DNA of 64,000 bases from a virus: positions 9,456-73,455 of IMG/VR virus record IMGVR_UViG_3300032326_000853. One strand, written 5' to 3'. The position numbers and the translations under genes were made by a program. Shown here piece after piece: positions 45,930 to 55,200 of the stretch (position 1 is the stretch's first letter; every line of letters starts with the position of its first letter). The notes under the pieces are model-generated. The model did no database searches. It was not told the DNA's origin and saw nothing but the letters and a program-made list of their open reading frames with translations.

Positions 45930-47966
45930 ATGAAAAACTTTATTCCCGGACCATGGAGTATTGCATGGGTGGCTGTTACAGCCGTTGTACTTGTTGCACT
46001 TAAAATCTCCAACCCCTCACCTGTTGAAAGCATTCAACTAAAAGGCTTTGATGCCTTGCTGGCCACTGACACACCTGTTGATTCCGATCGTGTTGTCATT
46101 GTTGACATTGGCGAGCCCTCCATTGAACGACTAGGGCAGTGGCCTTGGCCTCGCAAGGATCTTGCTCGTGCAATTGATCGTATTCAAGAACTAGGGGCAT
46201 CAGCTATTGTAGTTCCCGTTATCATGAGCGAAGCAGATCGCCTGGGTGGTGATCGAGACTTAGTCAATACACTGAATCATACCAACAGTGTTATTACACA
46301 AGCGCCTACTACACAAAACAAACGTCCCGATGCTGTTCGTCGTGGTGTTGCTGTAATTGGTGGCGACCCGCTTGAGTGGACATTTACTTGGCCCGGTGCG
46401 CTGAGTCCATACAAGCCCTTGGCTGATGCGGCCTCTGGTGTTGGTACCAGTGTAGTTGCTCCTGAGGTAGACGGTGTTGTTCGCCGCATGCCCTTGATTG
46501 TTGCAGTGGGAGATCAAATTTACCCCAGCTTGCCCATTGAAGCACTTCGTGTTGCTACGGGACAAAAGAGTTATCAAGTCAAAATGAGTTCAGCAGGTAT
46601 TGAAAAAGTTCGTATTGCTGGACAACCAGTTGTTACCACAGACGAACATGCTAGAATTTGGCTACGCTGGAACAAGAACTTTGCACGTTACGAGCTATCA
46701 GAGATATCAAAGAAAAAAGTAGACCTTAAGGGCAAAGTTGTAGTACTGGGTCTTGGTGTAGAAGGCTTGGGCAGTATCATTGCCACACCACAAGGCGAAC
46801 GTTGGGCACATGACATCCAAGCACAAACTGTACAAACATTATTAGACGGTGACAGCCCAGTACGTCCTGCATTCGCCCGTAGTGTCGAGCTATTAGCAAT
46901 TGTACTGATAGCGTTTGTACTAATTTTCGTTATGCCACGCTTGCCATTCTGGGCAGTGGGGGCGGCCCTATTTGTCACTGTAGGCGCTGTCATTGGTGGT
47001 AGCTTTTATGCATGGCAACAGTACAGTCAGTTATGGGACATTTACTTGTTGACCTTTGCGGCTGTGGTGTTATATGGACATGCATTGTTTGCCCGCTTTG
47101 TAATTGAATTCAAACAAAAGCAACAGATCAAGAAACAGTTTGGCACATACTTGAGCCCTGCATTGGTAGCCAAGCTACAAAAGAATCCAGAAATGTTACA
47201 GCTGGGCGGTGACGAACGTGAACTATCAATTATGTTTACAGACGTTCGTGGCTTTACTACTATTAGTGAACACTATGGTAAGGACGTACAAGGACTTACC
47301 AAGATCATGAATCGTTACATGACTGCAATGACCAAGAAGATCATTGACAATAACGGCACACTTGACAAGTATATTGGCGATGCACAAATGGCATTCTGGA
47401 ATGCTCCAGTTGACGAAGCACGTCACGCACATATGGCTGTCAAGACAGCACTTGAAATGATGGGAAGTTTAGATGCATTTAATGCGGAAATTACAGCAGA
47501 AGGCGTTCCTCCCTTTGGTATGGGCCTGGGAATTAATACTGCCGCCGTTGTGGTGGGCAATATGGGCAGTGATCAACGGTTTGACTATACTTGTCTTGGC
47601 GACGGTGTTAATTTGGCGAGCCGACTCGAGGGCCAGTCTAAGCCGTATGGTGTCAAGATTGTTTTAGGACAACGTACAGCAGAATTGGTTCGAGACGAAT
47701 ACTCTGTAGTAGAGTTAGACTGTATTGCAGTTAAGGGTAAAACACAAGGCGTTAAGATTTATACGCTAGGTGAAACCAATACAACATTGCATGACACGTA
47801 CTTGACTGCATACTATCGCGGCGACTGGACTAGAGCCATCAAACAGTGCGAAAAGCTAATTGCCTTGGACAATGAACTCAAAGCATATTATGAAGCTATG
47901 TTAGAGCGCATGAACGAAGGGTTACCTCCAAATTGGGATGGTACCTATCGTGCCACAAGTAAATGA
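45930..47966 (+). CDS. Class III adenylate/guanylate cyclase with N-terminal membrane-anchored CHASE2 sensor domain
   Basis: 'LSIMFTDVRGFTTISE', 'KYIGDAQMAFWNAP', 'GLGINTAAVVVGNMGSDQRFDYTCLGDGVNLASRLEG' are cyclase catalytic blocks. N-terminal TM, about 300-aa extracytoplasmic domain, then two TMs (CHASE2 layout). Confidence 0.8.
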   Translation: MKNFIPGPWSIAWVAVTAVVLVALKISNPSPVESIQLKGFDALLATDTPVDSDRVVIVDIGEPSIERLGQWPWPRKDLARAIDRIQELGASAIVVPVIMSEADRLGGDRDLVNTLNHTNSVITQAPTTQNKRPDAVRRGVAVIGGDPLEWTFTWPGALSPYKPLADAASGVGTSVVAPEVDGVVRRMPLIVAVGDQIYPSLPIEALRVATGQKSYQVKMSSAGIEKVRIAGQPVVTTDEHARIWLRWNKNFARYELSEISKKKVDLKGKVVVLGLGVEGLGSIIATPQGERWAHDIQAQTVQTLLDGDSPVRPAFARSVELLAIVLIAFVLIFVMPRLPFWAVGAALFVTVGAVIGGSFYAWQQYSQLWDIYLLTFAAVVLYGHALFARFVIEFKQKQQIKKQFGTYLSPALVAKLQKNPEMLQLGGDERELSIMFTDVRGFTTISEHYGKDVQGLTKIMNRYMTAMTKKIIDNNGTLDKYIGDAQMAFWNAPVDEARHAHMAVKTALEMMGSLDAFNAEITAEGVPPFGMGLGINTAAVVVGNMGSDQRFDYTCLGDGVNLASRLEGQSKPYGVKIVLGQRTAELVRDEYSVVELDCIAVKGKTQGVKIYTLGETNTTLHDTYLTAYYRGDWTRAIKQCEKLIALDNELKAYYEAMLERMNEGLPPNWDGTYRATSK

Positions 47967-48622
47967 CGTATTTTTATCCCTTGGCATTGACAATTGATTC
48001 TGCAGAAAAAGAATCATTTGTCAAGAATCAATTGCCAGGCCTAAAAAACAAGTACAGTGGCACTGGGCATGGACTTGTTAATGTAGGAACTGTTACAGAG
48101 TTGTTCCCCCGCACCATTGCTCAAACTAATCAAGTGGTTGAGTCATTGGGCTTGCGTACCAGGGCAGTTACACTGTTTGCAGGTGATGCAGATTCAACAT
48201 CATATGCTATCCATGCTGACGGTGTTTATTATAATCGCAAGCCTGCATTATTAGAAGCACGACTAAGCTATTACGAATTAGCAGATGCTCCGGGTACATT
48301 GTGTTGGTGGGATCAACAAGACTTGCCCATGACCATGCAGGAATATCCAGCAACAGAATACTCACAGGCCCGCATTAACGTAATGGCCAACTGTGTAGAA
48401 GATCTACAAGCAGGTAGATTACAGTGGCACGACTTACCAGCGCCTGTATTTGAAACCGAGTCCGCAGTGCCCAGTGCTATACTTAGAACTGATCAGCCTC
48501 ATACAGTAATACAAGGTTCGGGATTTAGAATCACCATCAGTTGCCAACTGGTGTTTGCTGATGGCAACCCTCAAGGTGTGTGGCAACACATCGAAAACAA
48601 TATCAATAAATTAGGAGTTTAA
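47963..48622 (+). CDS. Hypothetical protein, possible 2OG/Fe(II) oxygenase-like (HxD...H)
   Basis: 'AIHADG' and 'QPHTVIQGSGFRITIS' are weak. Overlapping ATGA start. Confidence 0.25.
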   Translation: MTYFYPLALTIDSAEKESFVKNQLPGLKNKYSGTGHGLVNVGTVTELFPRTIAQTNQVVESLGLRTRAVTLFAGDADSTSYAIHADGVYYNRKPALLEARLSYYELADAPGTLCWWDQQDLPMTMQEYPATEYSQARINVMANCVEDLQAGRLQWHDLPAPVFETESAVPSAILRTDQPHTVIQGSGFRITISCQLVFADGNPQGVWQHIENNINKLGV

Positions 48623-48623
48623 A

Positions 48624-49034
48624 GTGTTATATTTTGCATATGGTATGAATACCAATAGTAGCGTTATGAGCAAGACCAGCCGCAGACTAGGTCCAGCAAC
48701 CTTATTGGGTTATAAATGGGAAATGCTACAGTTTGCCAATGTGTTTGAATCTAAAGGCTGCACTGCCGTAGGCATATTATGGGACATTGATGAGACGGAG
48801 TTGCAGGACTTGGATTATCGCGAAGGCTATCCTTCATTTTACGATCGCGTTAGTGCCACAGTGGAACACCAAGGTGAACAAAAGAAAGCCTGGGTATACT
48901 ACATGACTCCGCACTATAGAACCAAGCTGTCTGATTGTGAGCCAAGCCCACATTATGCTCAAATGGTCACTGAGGGCTTTGCTCAGGATGGTTTAAGTGT
49001 TGCTAATCTTACTGCACACAAGAGTTTGATATAA
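48624..49034 (+). CDS. Gamma-glutamyl cyclotransferase-like (GGCT/AIG2 fold) protein
   Basis: N-terminal 'LYFAYGMNT' (YFAYGSNL hallmark), 'GILWDIDETELQDLDYREG', 'AWVYY'. Confidence 0.6.
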   Translation: MLYFAYGMNTNSSVMSKTSRRLGPATLLGYKWEMLQFANVFESKGCTAVGILWDIDETELQDLDYREGYPSFYDRVSATVEHQGEQKKAWVYYMTPHYRTKLSDCEPSPHYAQMVTEGFAQDGLSVANLTAHKSLI

Positions 49035-49690
49035 AGCCAGCCTATATCAAATTCAAACCAACGACGACTTAGTCGAGGGTTAGCAGGATCCAAATGATGG
49101 TTATTATGAAGGCATTCGCCACCAATAATAATACCCCAAGGACTAATGTTTCTACTGTTATCTTTAGTTTGGCCATTACGATATCCCCACCAGTGACCCA
49201 AGCCGTTGATGACTCCAGCGGCCCAGAATGGTATCCATATCATTTGAATACCCCATATTAATAAGCCCGGCAAGCCAAACACCACCAGGTCTATCAATAA
49301 CATAAGCATAATACCCAAGCGGCTGTGTCGAGTATATAAATTTTGTTCAATCCAGTCGTTTGGAGTACCAACGCCGTATTGTGCAACCATCTCTGCATCT
49401 TTACTGGCACTGTGATATAGTCCTGCTCCACGAAGTAGCACACGTTTTAATCCGTATACCTGTGGACTGTGTGGGTCTCCGGGTTGTTCTGTAAATCTAT
49501 GATGCTTGCGGTGTATGGCTACCCATTGCCGAGTGACCATGCCTGTTGTTAACCATAACCAAAAGCGCATGAAGTGTGCCACAACAGGATTAAATGTGAC
49601 GCCTCTGTGCGCTTGACTGCGGTGTAGATAAAGTGTAACACACGCAATGGTAATGTGTGTTAGTATAAGAGTTGCTATTAATGTTGTCAT
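48983..49690 (-). CDS. Delta-9 acyl-lipid/acyl-CoA fatty acid desaturase
   Basis: Three His boxes: 'LHRSQAH', 'WVAIHRKHHRFTEQPGDPHSP' (cf. DesC 'WVGLHRIHHKFSDTPHDPH'), 'HNNHHLDP'. Confidence 0.75.
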   Translation of the reverse strand: MTTLIATLILTHITIACVTLYLHRSQAHRGVTFNPVVAHFMRFWLWLTTGMVTRQWVAIHRKHHRFTEQPGDPHSPQVYGLKRVLLRGAGLYHSASKDAEMVAQYGVGTPNDWIEQNLYTRHSRLGIMLMLLIDLVVFGLPGLLIWGIQMIWIPFWAAGVINGLGHWWGYRNGQTKDNSRNISPWGIIIGGECLHNNHHLDPANPRLSRRWFEFDIGWLYIKLLCAVRLATLKPS

Positions 49691-49705
49691 TAAGTAGTTA
49701 TACTC

Positions 49706-50044
49706 TTAACTTTTACTATTCTTAGCAGGTTTATCAAGGTTAACGGCATCGCGAAACTTTTCATCTGCTTCGCGGTCTACTTTTTGCTGTTCTACCACAC
49801 GCTCACCATCAATGATCTTGCCACGTAAATGTAGTACAACATCTACCTTTTGATTCAAACGAATCAAATCGTTGTCTAACATACGCACACGATCAATCAA
49901 GGCAATAAGTGTAGTAGATGCGGCACCTAATACTGGTTTAATATCTTGTGTTGCCCATTGCCATACATAGAATATCAAGTATCCCATGCCGCCAGCGGCC
50001 ACAATCGGGAAGCCGTATTTGTTAATTAAATTCGCTATATCCAT
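49706..50044 (-). CDS. Small membrane protein (paralog of 50782..51063)
   Basis: Shared 'GFPI.AA...GY..F' TM plus 'AL(I)D.RV..M..D.IR' helix. Confidence 0.45.
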   Translation of the reverse strand: MDIANLINKYGFPIVAAGGMGYLIFYVWQWATQDIKPVLGAASTTLIALIDRVRMLDNDLIRLNQKVDVVLHLRGKIIDGERVVEQQKVDREADEKFRDAVNLDKPAKNSKS

Positions 50045-50255
50045 AAGTTCGTTGTCCTGTTACTAAATCTTCATCATCATACACTGGTGTGCATACATGA
50101 CCCCATGTTTGTAAAAATTGCGCATGTTCTTCGCCTTCACTGACCCAAAATCTTGTGCGGTTTAAGTGTGCTTCAAATTTGATACGCTGAGCTCGAATCC
50201 ATTGAATAACATTCAAAAATTCTGGGTCGCGAGTGTAAATGCAATAGTGTATCAT
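50022..50255 (-). CDS. Hypothetical protein
   Basis: ORF in the minus-strand island. Confidence 0.3.
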   Translation of the reverse strand: MIHYCIYTRDPEFLNVIQWIRAQRIKFEAHLNRTRFWVSEGEEHAQFLQTWGHVCTPVYDDEDLVTGQRTYGYSEFN

Positions 50256-50369
50256 GCCAAGTATCCAATTATAAAGCCCAAGGCTGCTGACGCCGCAGCC
50301 ACAAGTGCTAGATCTCGATCAGTCCATAGCATCTTGTCTCTGTTTTTTTGCAAGTAGAAATCATATTTT

Positions 50370-50600
50370 TTAAAAATCATCTTTAAGATCCTCACCAATT
50401 TCACGAATTAATTTAATCAATGGATCTATCTTGACCAACATTGCACGACCGTTTACATTTTTAATTTGAAAACAGTCACCAGCGACCCAGCCCAATTTAT
50501 CAATATTAAGCTCGGGATCAAGTATGATTCCGTTTGGACTTAAATCCCAATCATAATCAAAATAACGCATTAATTCTTCCCAGGCCAACCTGCTGGCCAT
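50370..50600 (-). CDS. Hypothetical protein
   Basis: ORF in the minus-strand island. Confidence 0.35.
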   Translation of the reverse strand: MASRLAWEELMRYFDYDWDLSPNGIILDPELNIDKLGWVAGDCFQIKNVNGRAMLVKIDPLIKLIREIGEDLKDDF

Positions 50601-50782
50601 TTTGGATTATTATTCTTTTTTTGTTCGGCCAGCATGCGAAACCATTCTTTTTTCATTTCCACATTGTGGCGAAGATGTGTCAAGCGGTCATCCCCGTCAT
50701 CTTTGATGTAAACGTACATCAGTACAGCAAATACAGCTATACACAATACAACATACAAATTAATTGTTAATGTGTATTCCAT
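50570..50782 (-). CDS. Small membrane protein
   Basis: TM 'LYVVLCIAVFAVLMYVYI'. Confidence 0.35.
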   Translation of the reverse strand: MEYTLTINLYVVLCIAVFAVLMYVYIKDDGDDRLTHLRHNVEMKKEWFRMLAEQKKNNNPKWPAGWPGKN

Positions 50783-51063
50783 TAGTCACGTCTCGCATCG
50801 TTTTTGCCGTCGGCCCGTGCAATACGACTGGTGTCGGGCTTTAGACCTAGTGCATTTGAAACAATAGTGTCAATGCGTATAACGTCATGGTTCATTGTTT
50901 TAACACGGTTGTCAAGTGCTTCAATGATACCTTTTAAACCATTGACACTGGATGTAACACCTGCTAAAATAAACTTCAACGTTAGAAATACAAAGTACCC
51001 TGCGGCTATTGCGGCTGCAATTGGAAAGCCAACTTCGGCTACTAATTTGAAAAACTCACCCAT
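50782..51063 (-). CDS. Small membrane protein (paralog of 49706..50044)
   Basis: See paralog. Confidence 0.45.
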   Translation of the reverse strand: MGEFFKLVAEVGFPIAAAIAAGYFVFLTLKFILAGVTSSVNGLKGIIEALDNRVKTMNHDVIRIDTIVSNALGLKPDTSRIARADGKNDARRD

Positions 51064-51176
51064 CTTGGCAATCCTTTAAGTTATAGTGCTATTTATTAGA
51101 ATGACCAGAAAAGTGGTCCTATTATACTAGCGGTAAATAGAGTGAAGGTTAATGTGCAAAAACAATAAATATATCT

Positions 51177-52241
51177 ATGAAACTACGTGAATTAATTATG
51201 ATGGAAGACGGCGAAGCCGCGGTGGCAACCACGTCTAGCGACATCGCTACAGTAGCTTATCCTCTATTTGTACGTGGTCGAAACAATAAAGAAAAACGCA
51301 AAAACGCACGTGCCGCAGTTGGTCAAAAATATGTACCTGGCCCCAAGGGAATTGGCCAGGGTGTGTTTGAAAATGAGTTAACGGAAAGAGCCAGTCAGTT
51401 GCTGTCTGCACAAGACAGAAATGGTGTCATTACAGTTGTTGTACAAGCACCCGACGGTACCAAACGTTCGCTAGCAGATGAAAATCCTCGCTATATTAAC
51501 CAATGGTTAATGAAGTATGACCTAAGCCTACCAAGAAGCATTACTAGTAAATTTGTAGGTGTAGGCGAAGCACATGTACTAAATCACGATAATGTTATCT
51601 ATAGACTAGATCGTGAGAATCCCATGAGCGATACAGAAGTTGCAGTACTAGGTGGTGCAGGCCGTTATAGCTTAAAGGCATTGCGTGATAAAGCTCGCAA
51701 AGAAGCCGCCGAGTTGGCACAAGACCTAAGCATTGAGCATGGAGGCGCATTTAGACGCAGTGCCGAAAACATCAAACAGTTAACAAACACAATCAATACA
51801 ATCGTTGCTGCCTACAATGAACTGGCAAGATTAAGACGCAAAGGTGGCCGCGGTAGCCGTGGTATCACAGACGAAGACACAAACTTTATTCGCGAATGTA
51901 TTCGTGTAGTAGAACAAGCCACGCAGAATTATAGATTAATGGAAGCTCGTGCAGTGGAGCCTGATGCACAAGGTTATGCCCAGGACAGTTTAACTAGTCC
52001 CCAATACACAGTGGTAGTAAATACACCAGGTGACTTGGATTGGTACAAAATTGGCATGTACTGGCATGATAAAATAGTTGATCCCCATGAATTTGGGCAA
52101 GACGACAGTGACACTGTAATGGTGGCACAGGGACCAGAAGAATACAAAGAAATGATGGCCAAGATTAAACGAATGGGCCTAACATATAAAGAAATTGGCG
52201 GTACGACTGATCAGCCAGAAATTCACAGTAAAACTTATTAA
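51177..52241 (+). CDS. Hypothetical protein with N-terminal MKLRELIMME motif
   Basis: 354-aa ORF. N-terminal motif shared with 33232, 14620 and 42618. Confidence 0.5.
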   Translation: MKLRELIMMEDGEAAVATTSSDIATVAYPLFVRGRNNKEKRKNARAAVGQKYVPGPKGIGQGVFENELTERASQLLSAQDRNGVITVVVQAPDGTKRSLADENPRYINQWLMKYDLSLPRSITSKFVGVGEAHVLNHDNVIYRLDRENPMSDTEVAVLGGAGRYSLKALRDKARKEAAELAQDLSIEHGGAFRRSAENIKQLTNTINTIVAAYNELARLRRKGGRGSRGITDEDTNFIRECIRVVEQATQNYRLMEARAVEPDAQGYAQDSLTSPQYTVVVNTPGDLDWYKIGMYWHDKIVDPHEFGQDDSDTVMVAQGPEEYKEMMAKIKRMGLTYKEIGGTTDQPEIHSKTY

Positions 52242-52250
52242 GGGATAAAA

Positions 52251-55200
52251 ATGATTCGCATTAGACTAATCAACGAAGGTAAAGTTGTCAAGCAAATTAC
52301 CAGCCGCATACACGAAGGTGTTGTACTTGAACAAATTAAAAATTACAAGGATCCGTACGACACTATTCAAGTTGTCGAAGGTGAATTGTCAGAGGATGCC
52401 AAGAGCATGTTACAGCATGTTGCTCGTAAAATTGTACCAGCAGCCATGGCAGCAGGTGTTGCACTAAGTGGTGCAGGCAATGCTCAAGCACAAGGTAGTG
52501 CCAATCCCAACTACCCAGGTCTAAATCACTCAGTTGGTCAGCACATGGTTGACATTTTCAGTCCTAATTACAAAGAGATGATGCGTCAACGCGAACATCG
52601 TCGTAATACAGAACGTCAAGTTTGGAATGCTGAACAAGATGAAATTCGCAAGCAACGTGTGGCTGATGCTCGTGCTAGAGTAAGACCAGCACCGGGGCAA
52701 CAGCATGTGGTTTATGATCAAAGTCGTATCAGTCAAGACGGTAAGTCTTACATCATCTACGGCATGGACAACAAGGTTCGTCGTATTCCAGTAAACGGTA
52801 CAGAATATATGCCAGGTGATAGTCAACGCTTACCGCACTATATTACCAGTGGGGGCGGTGTATTTTATGTACGCCACCCACACATGAACGAAAGCATTAG
52901 AGAGTCCGCAGAGAACAAAGCCGAGCATGATAAAGGTTATAGTGATGCTAGCCAAGGTAAATCAAAGAACCCTTACAATCCTGGTAGTCCAGCGGCAGCC
53001 GCTTACGATGCGGGTCAACAAGCATACAGGCGTCACTTTTCAGAAGCACATCAGATTCCAGGCAAAGACGAACACTATGCATTGCGTAATAACATCTGGA
53101 CCTTGTATGACGGTGATGAAATAGTACATGAATACAGACCCGAGCGTGGCGAAGTTGTTGGTGCTAAAAAGTTATTGGCTCGATTCGACGATGAAGGTTA
53201 TGATGTTACTCACGTTGTAAGCCCAATGGGTGTTGCCACTTACTTGTACGGCAAACCAGAAGAAGACATGGACGAAGGCTACACAGTCACACGTGGCATT
53301 GATCGAGAGCGTTATCAAGAGCGCCCAGGTTTAGAAGGCCCATTCTCTACTCGCAGTGGTAAGGTTGTGTATTACGATCCAAAAGAAGGCAAGTATTACG
53401 ATCCCGAAACTGACTTTTACATTGGCCACGAAGACTATGCCAAAATGGACGAAGAAGCGACACCAGGTGTAGTCAAAGCAGCCGCTGGTTTAACCCTGGG
53501 TGGAATAGCAGCCGCAGGTGCTCCGGCTCTTATTGGCATATTAGGCCCAGTAGTTGGTATCCCATTTGCCGCATACGCCGCTTATAGTGCCGCCAAATTG
53601 GGCATGAAGGGTGTAGAAAAGCTATGGGACATGGCCTCTGAAAAGTTGGGTGGCGATGATAAAGTTGCACAATACGCCAACGCTAAGTTAGCTAAATTAC
53701 CGCCTGATCAGGCCAGGGCAGCCGCGGCAGTAGTTAAACAAATTGGTGAGAGCAAGCAAAGTGTAGCCGAAGGCGATCCAAATGCCACTGTGGGCACTAT
53801 TTCAAGTACAGGTACCAGTGGTGGTACAGGTCGTACACAGTTTGCACCAACAGGCAAAACAACCAACGCCAAGTTCAACAAGAACGGTCAAATTGAATTA
53901 GACACCGAACAAGAAGATGATGGTTCTGTGAACTTAGATGCTGATGCTGTTAAGCAACTACAACAAGCCGGCGTTAAAATTAAAGAAAGCGAAGACAGTC
54001 CAGTGGCCAGTGCCATTGCTCGTCGTATCATGAGCCAACGTTTAGATTTGCTACAAAATCACGGACCACAAAAAGTTATGGCTGCAATTGATGATGTTGC
54101 TGACTTTGTTGGTGACACCGAAGAAATTGGTTCTAGTGATGTAAGTGCTTGGGTAAAACAAGTTGAACAAACATTAGCTGGCATGGGCGAGTCTGTAAAC
54201 GAAGGTACTGATACCCTGGAAGGTATTCTAAGCAAGTTCAGCGCAGACTATGCCAAGTTCAAAGCAGGTGGTGACATTGATGAGAACCAAGACTTCTTTG
54301 ATGCCTTATATGAGTACTTCTTTGACGAAATGCCATATGGTGTTAAGAAAGCCCGCGATGGCGATCCTTACGAGTGGATTACTGATCGTTTAGATCAAGA
54401 GTCAGGCATTGCGCCAGTTGCAGAAGCTGAAGAAGATGAAGCTACTCCTGGTGATCAAGCTGCCGCAGATCAAAACATTATCATGCAAATTCGTAAAGCA
54501 AGTGACTATGAAAAGCCAACTAAGATTAAACTAGCAGATGGCAGTGAAAATGTTATTGCTCCAAACATTGCCAAGTTAATCCTTGCCAAGTTTGACAAAA
54601 TGAAACCAGAAAGCAAGGCCCTGCTACAAGATACACTAAACACTGAAGAAGGCTTCAAAGAAATTTTGGCTTATTTTGGTGGTGGTGTACGTGAACAAGC
54701 AGTTGCTCGTGCAAGTAAAGTCATGGCACACGCATTAGAAGAAGCTGGCTTAGCTGATATACGAGCAAGAATGGATGCAAGACGCGACCATCCCGAAAAG
54801 CAGTCCCCTAATCCAACTACTCCAATGCCTCCAGTGCCTCCATATGTTGCACCAGCAAAGCAACAGGAACTAAAGGCCGGAGACATCATTGGTTACAGAC
54901 CCAAGAATGCTAAAATGGTACCAATCAAGGCCAAGGTATTAAAGTTGCTAAGTGGCGACAGAGCCATGGTCAGTGTATCAAGCCCAACTATGATTGCTCG
55001 CAACAATGATAGCCCTGTTATTACCATTGGCCCATTGAGCGATCTTGATATTCAAAATCCATACAAAGCAATAGCGAGAGAGTCTGTTGTAAATGAAGCC
55101 GCTGCGGATTGGTTGCCAGCATATAATGGATTATTAAAAGGTGACGGCGAGCCAGCAAGGGGTGGGAGCAGCCAAAATCTTAATTGGAAAAAATCAATGG

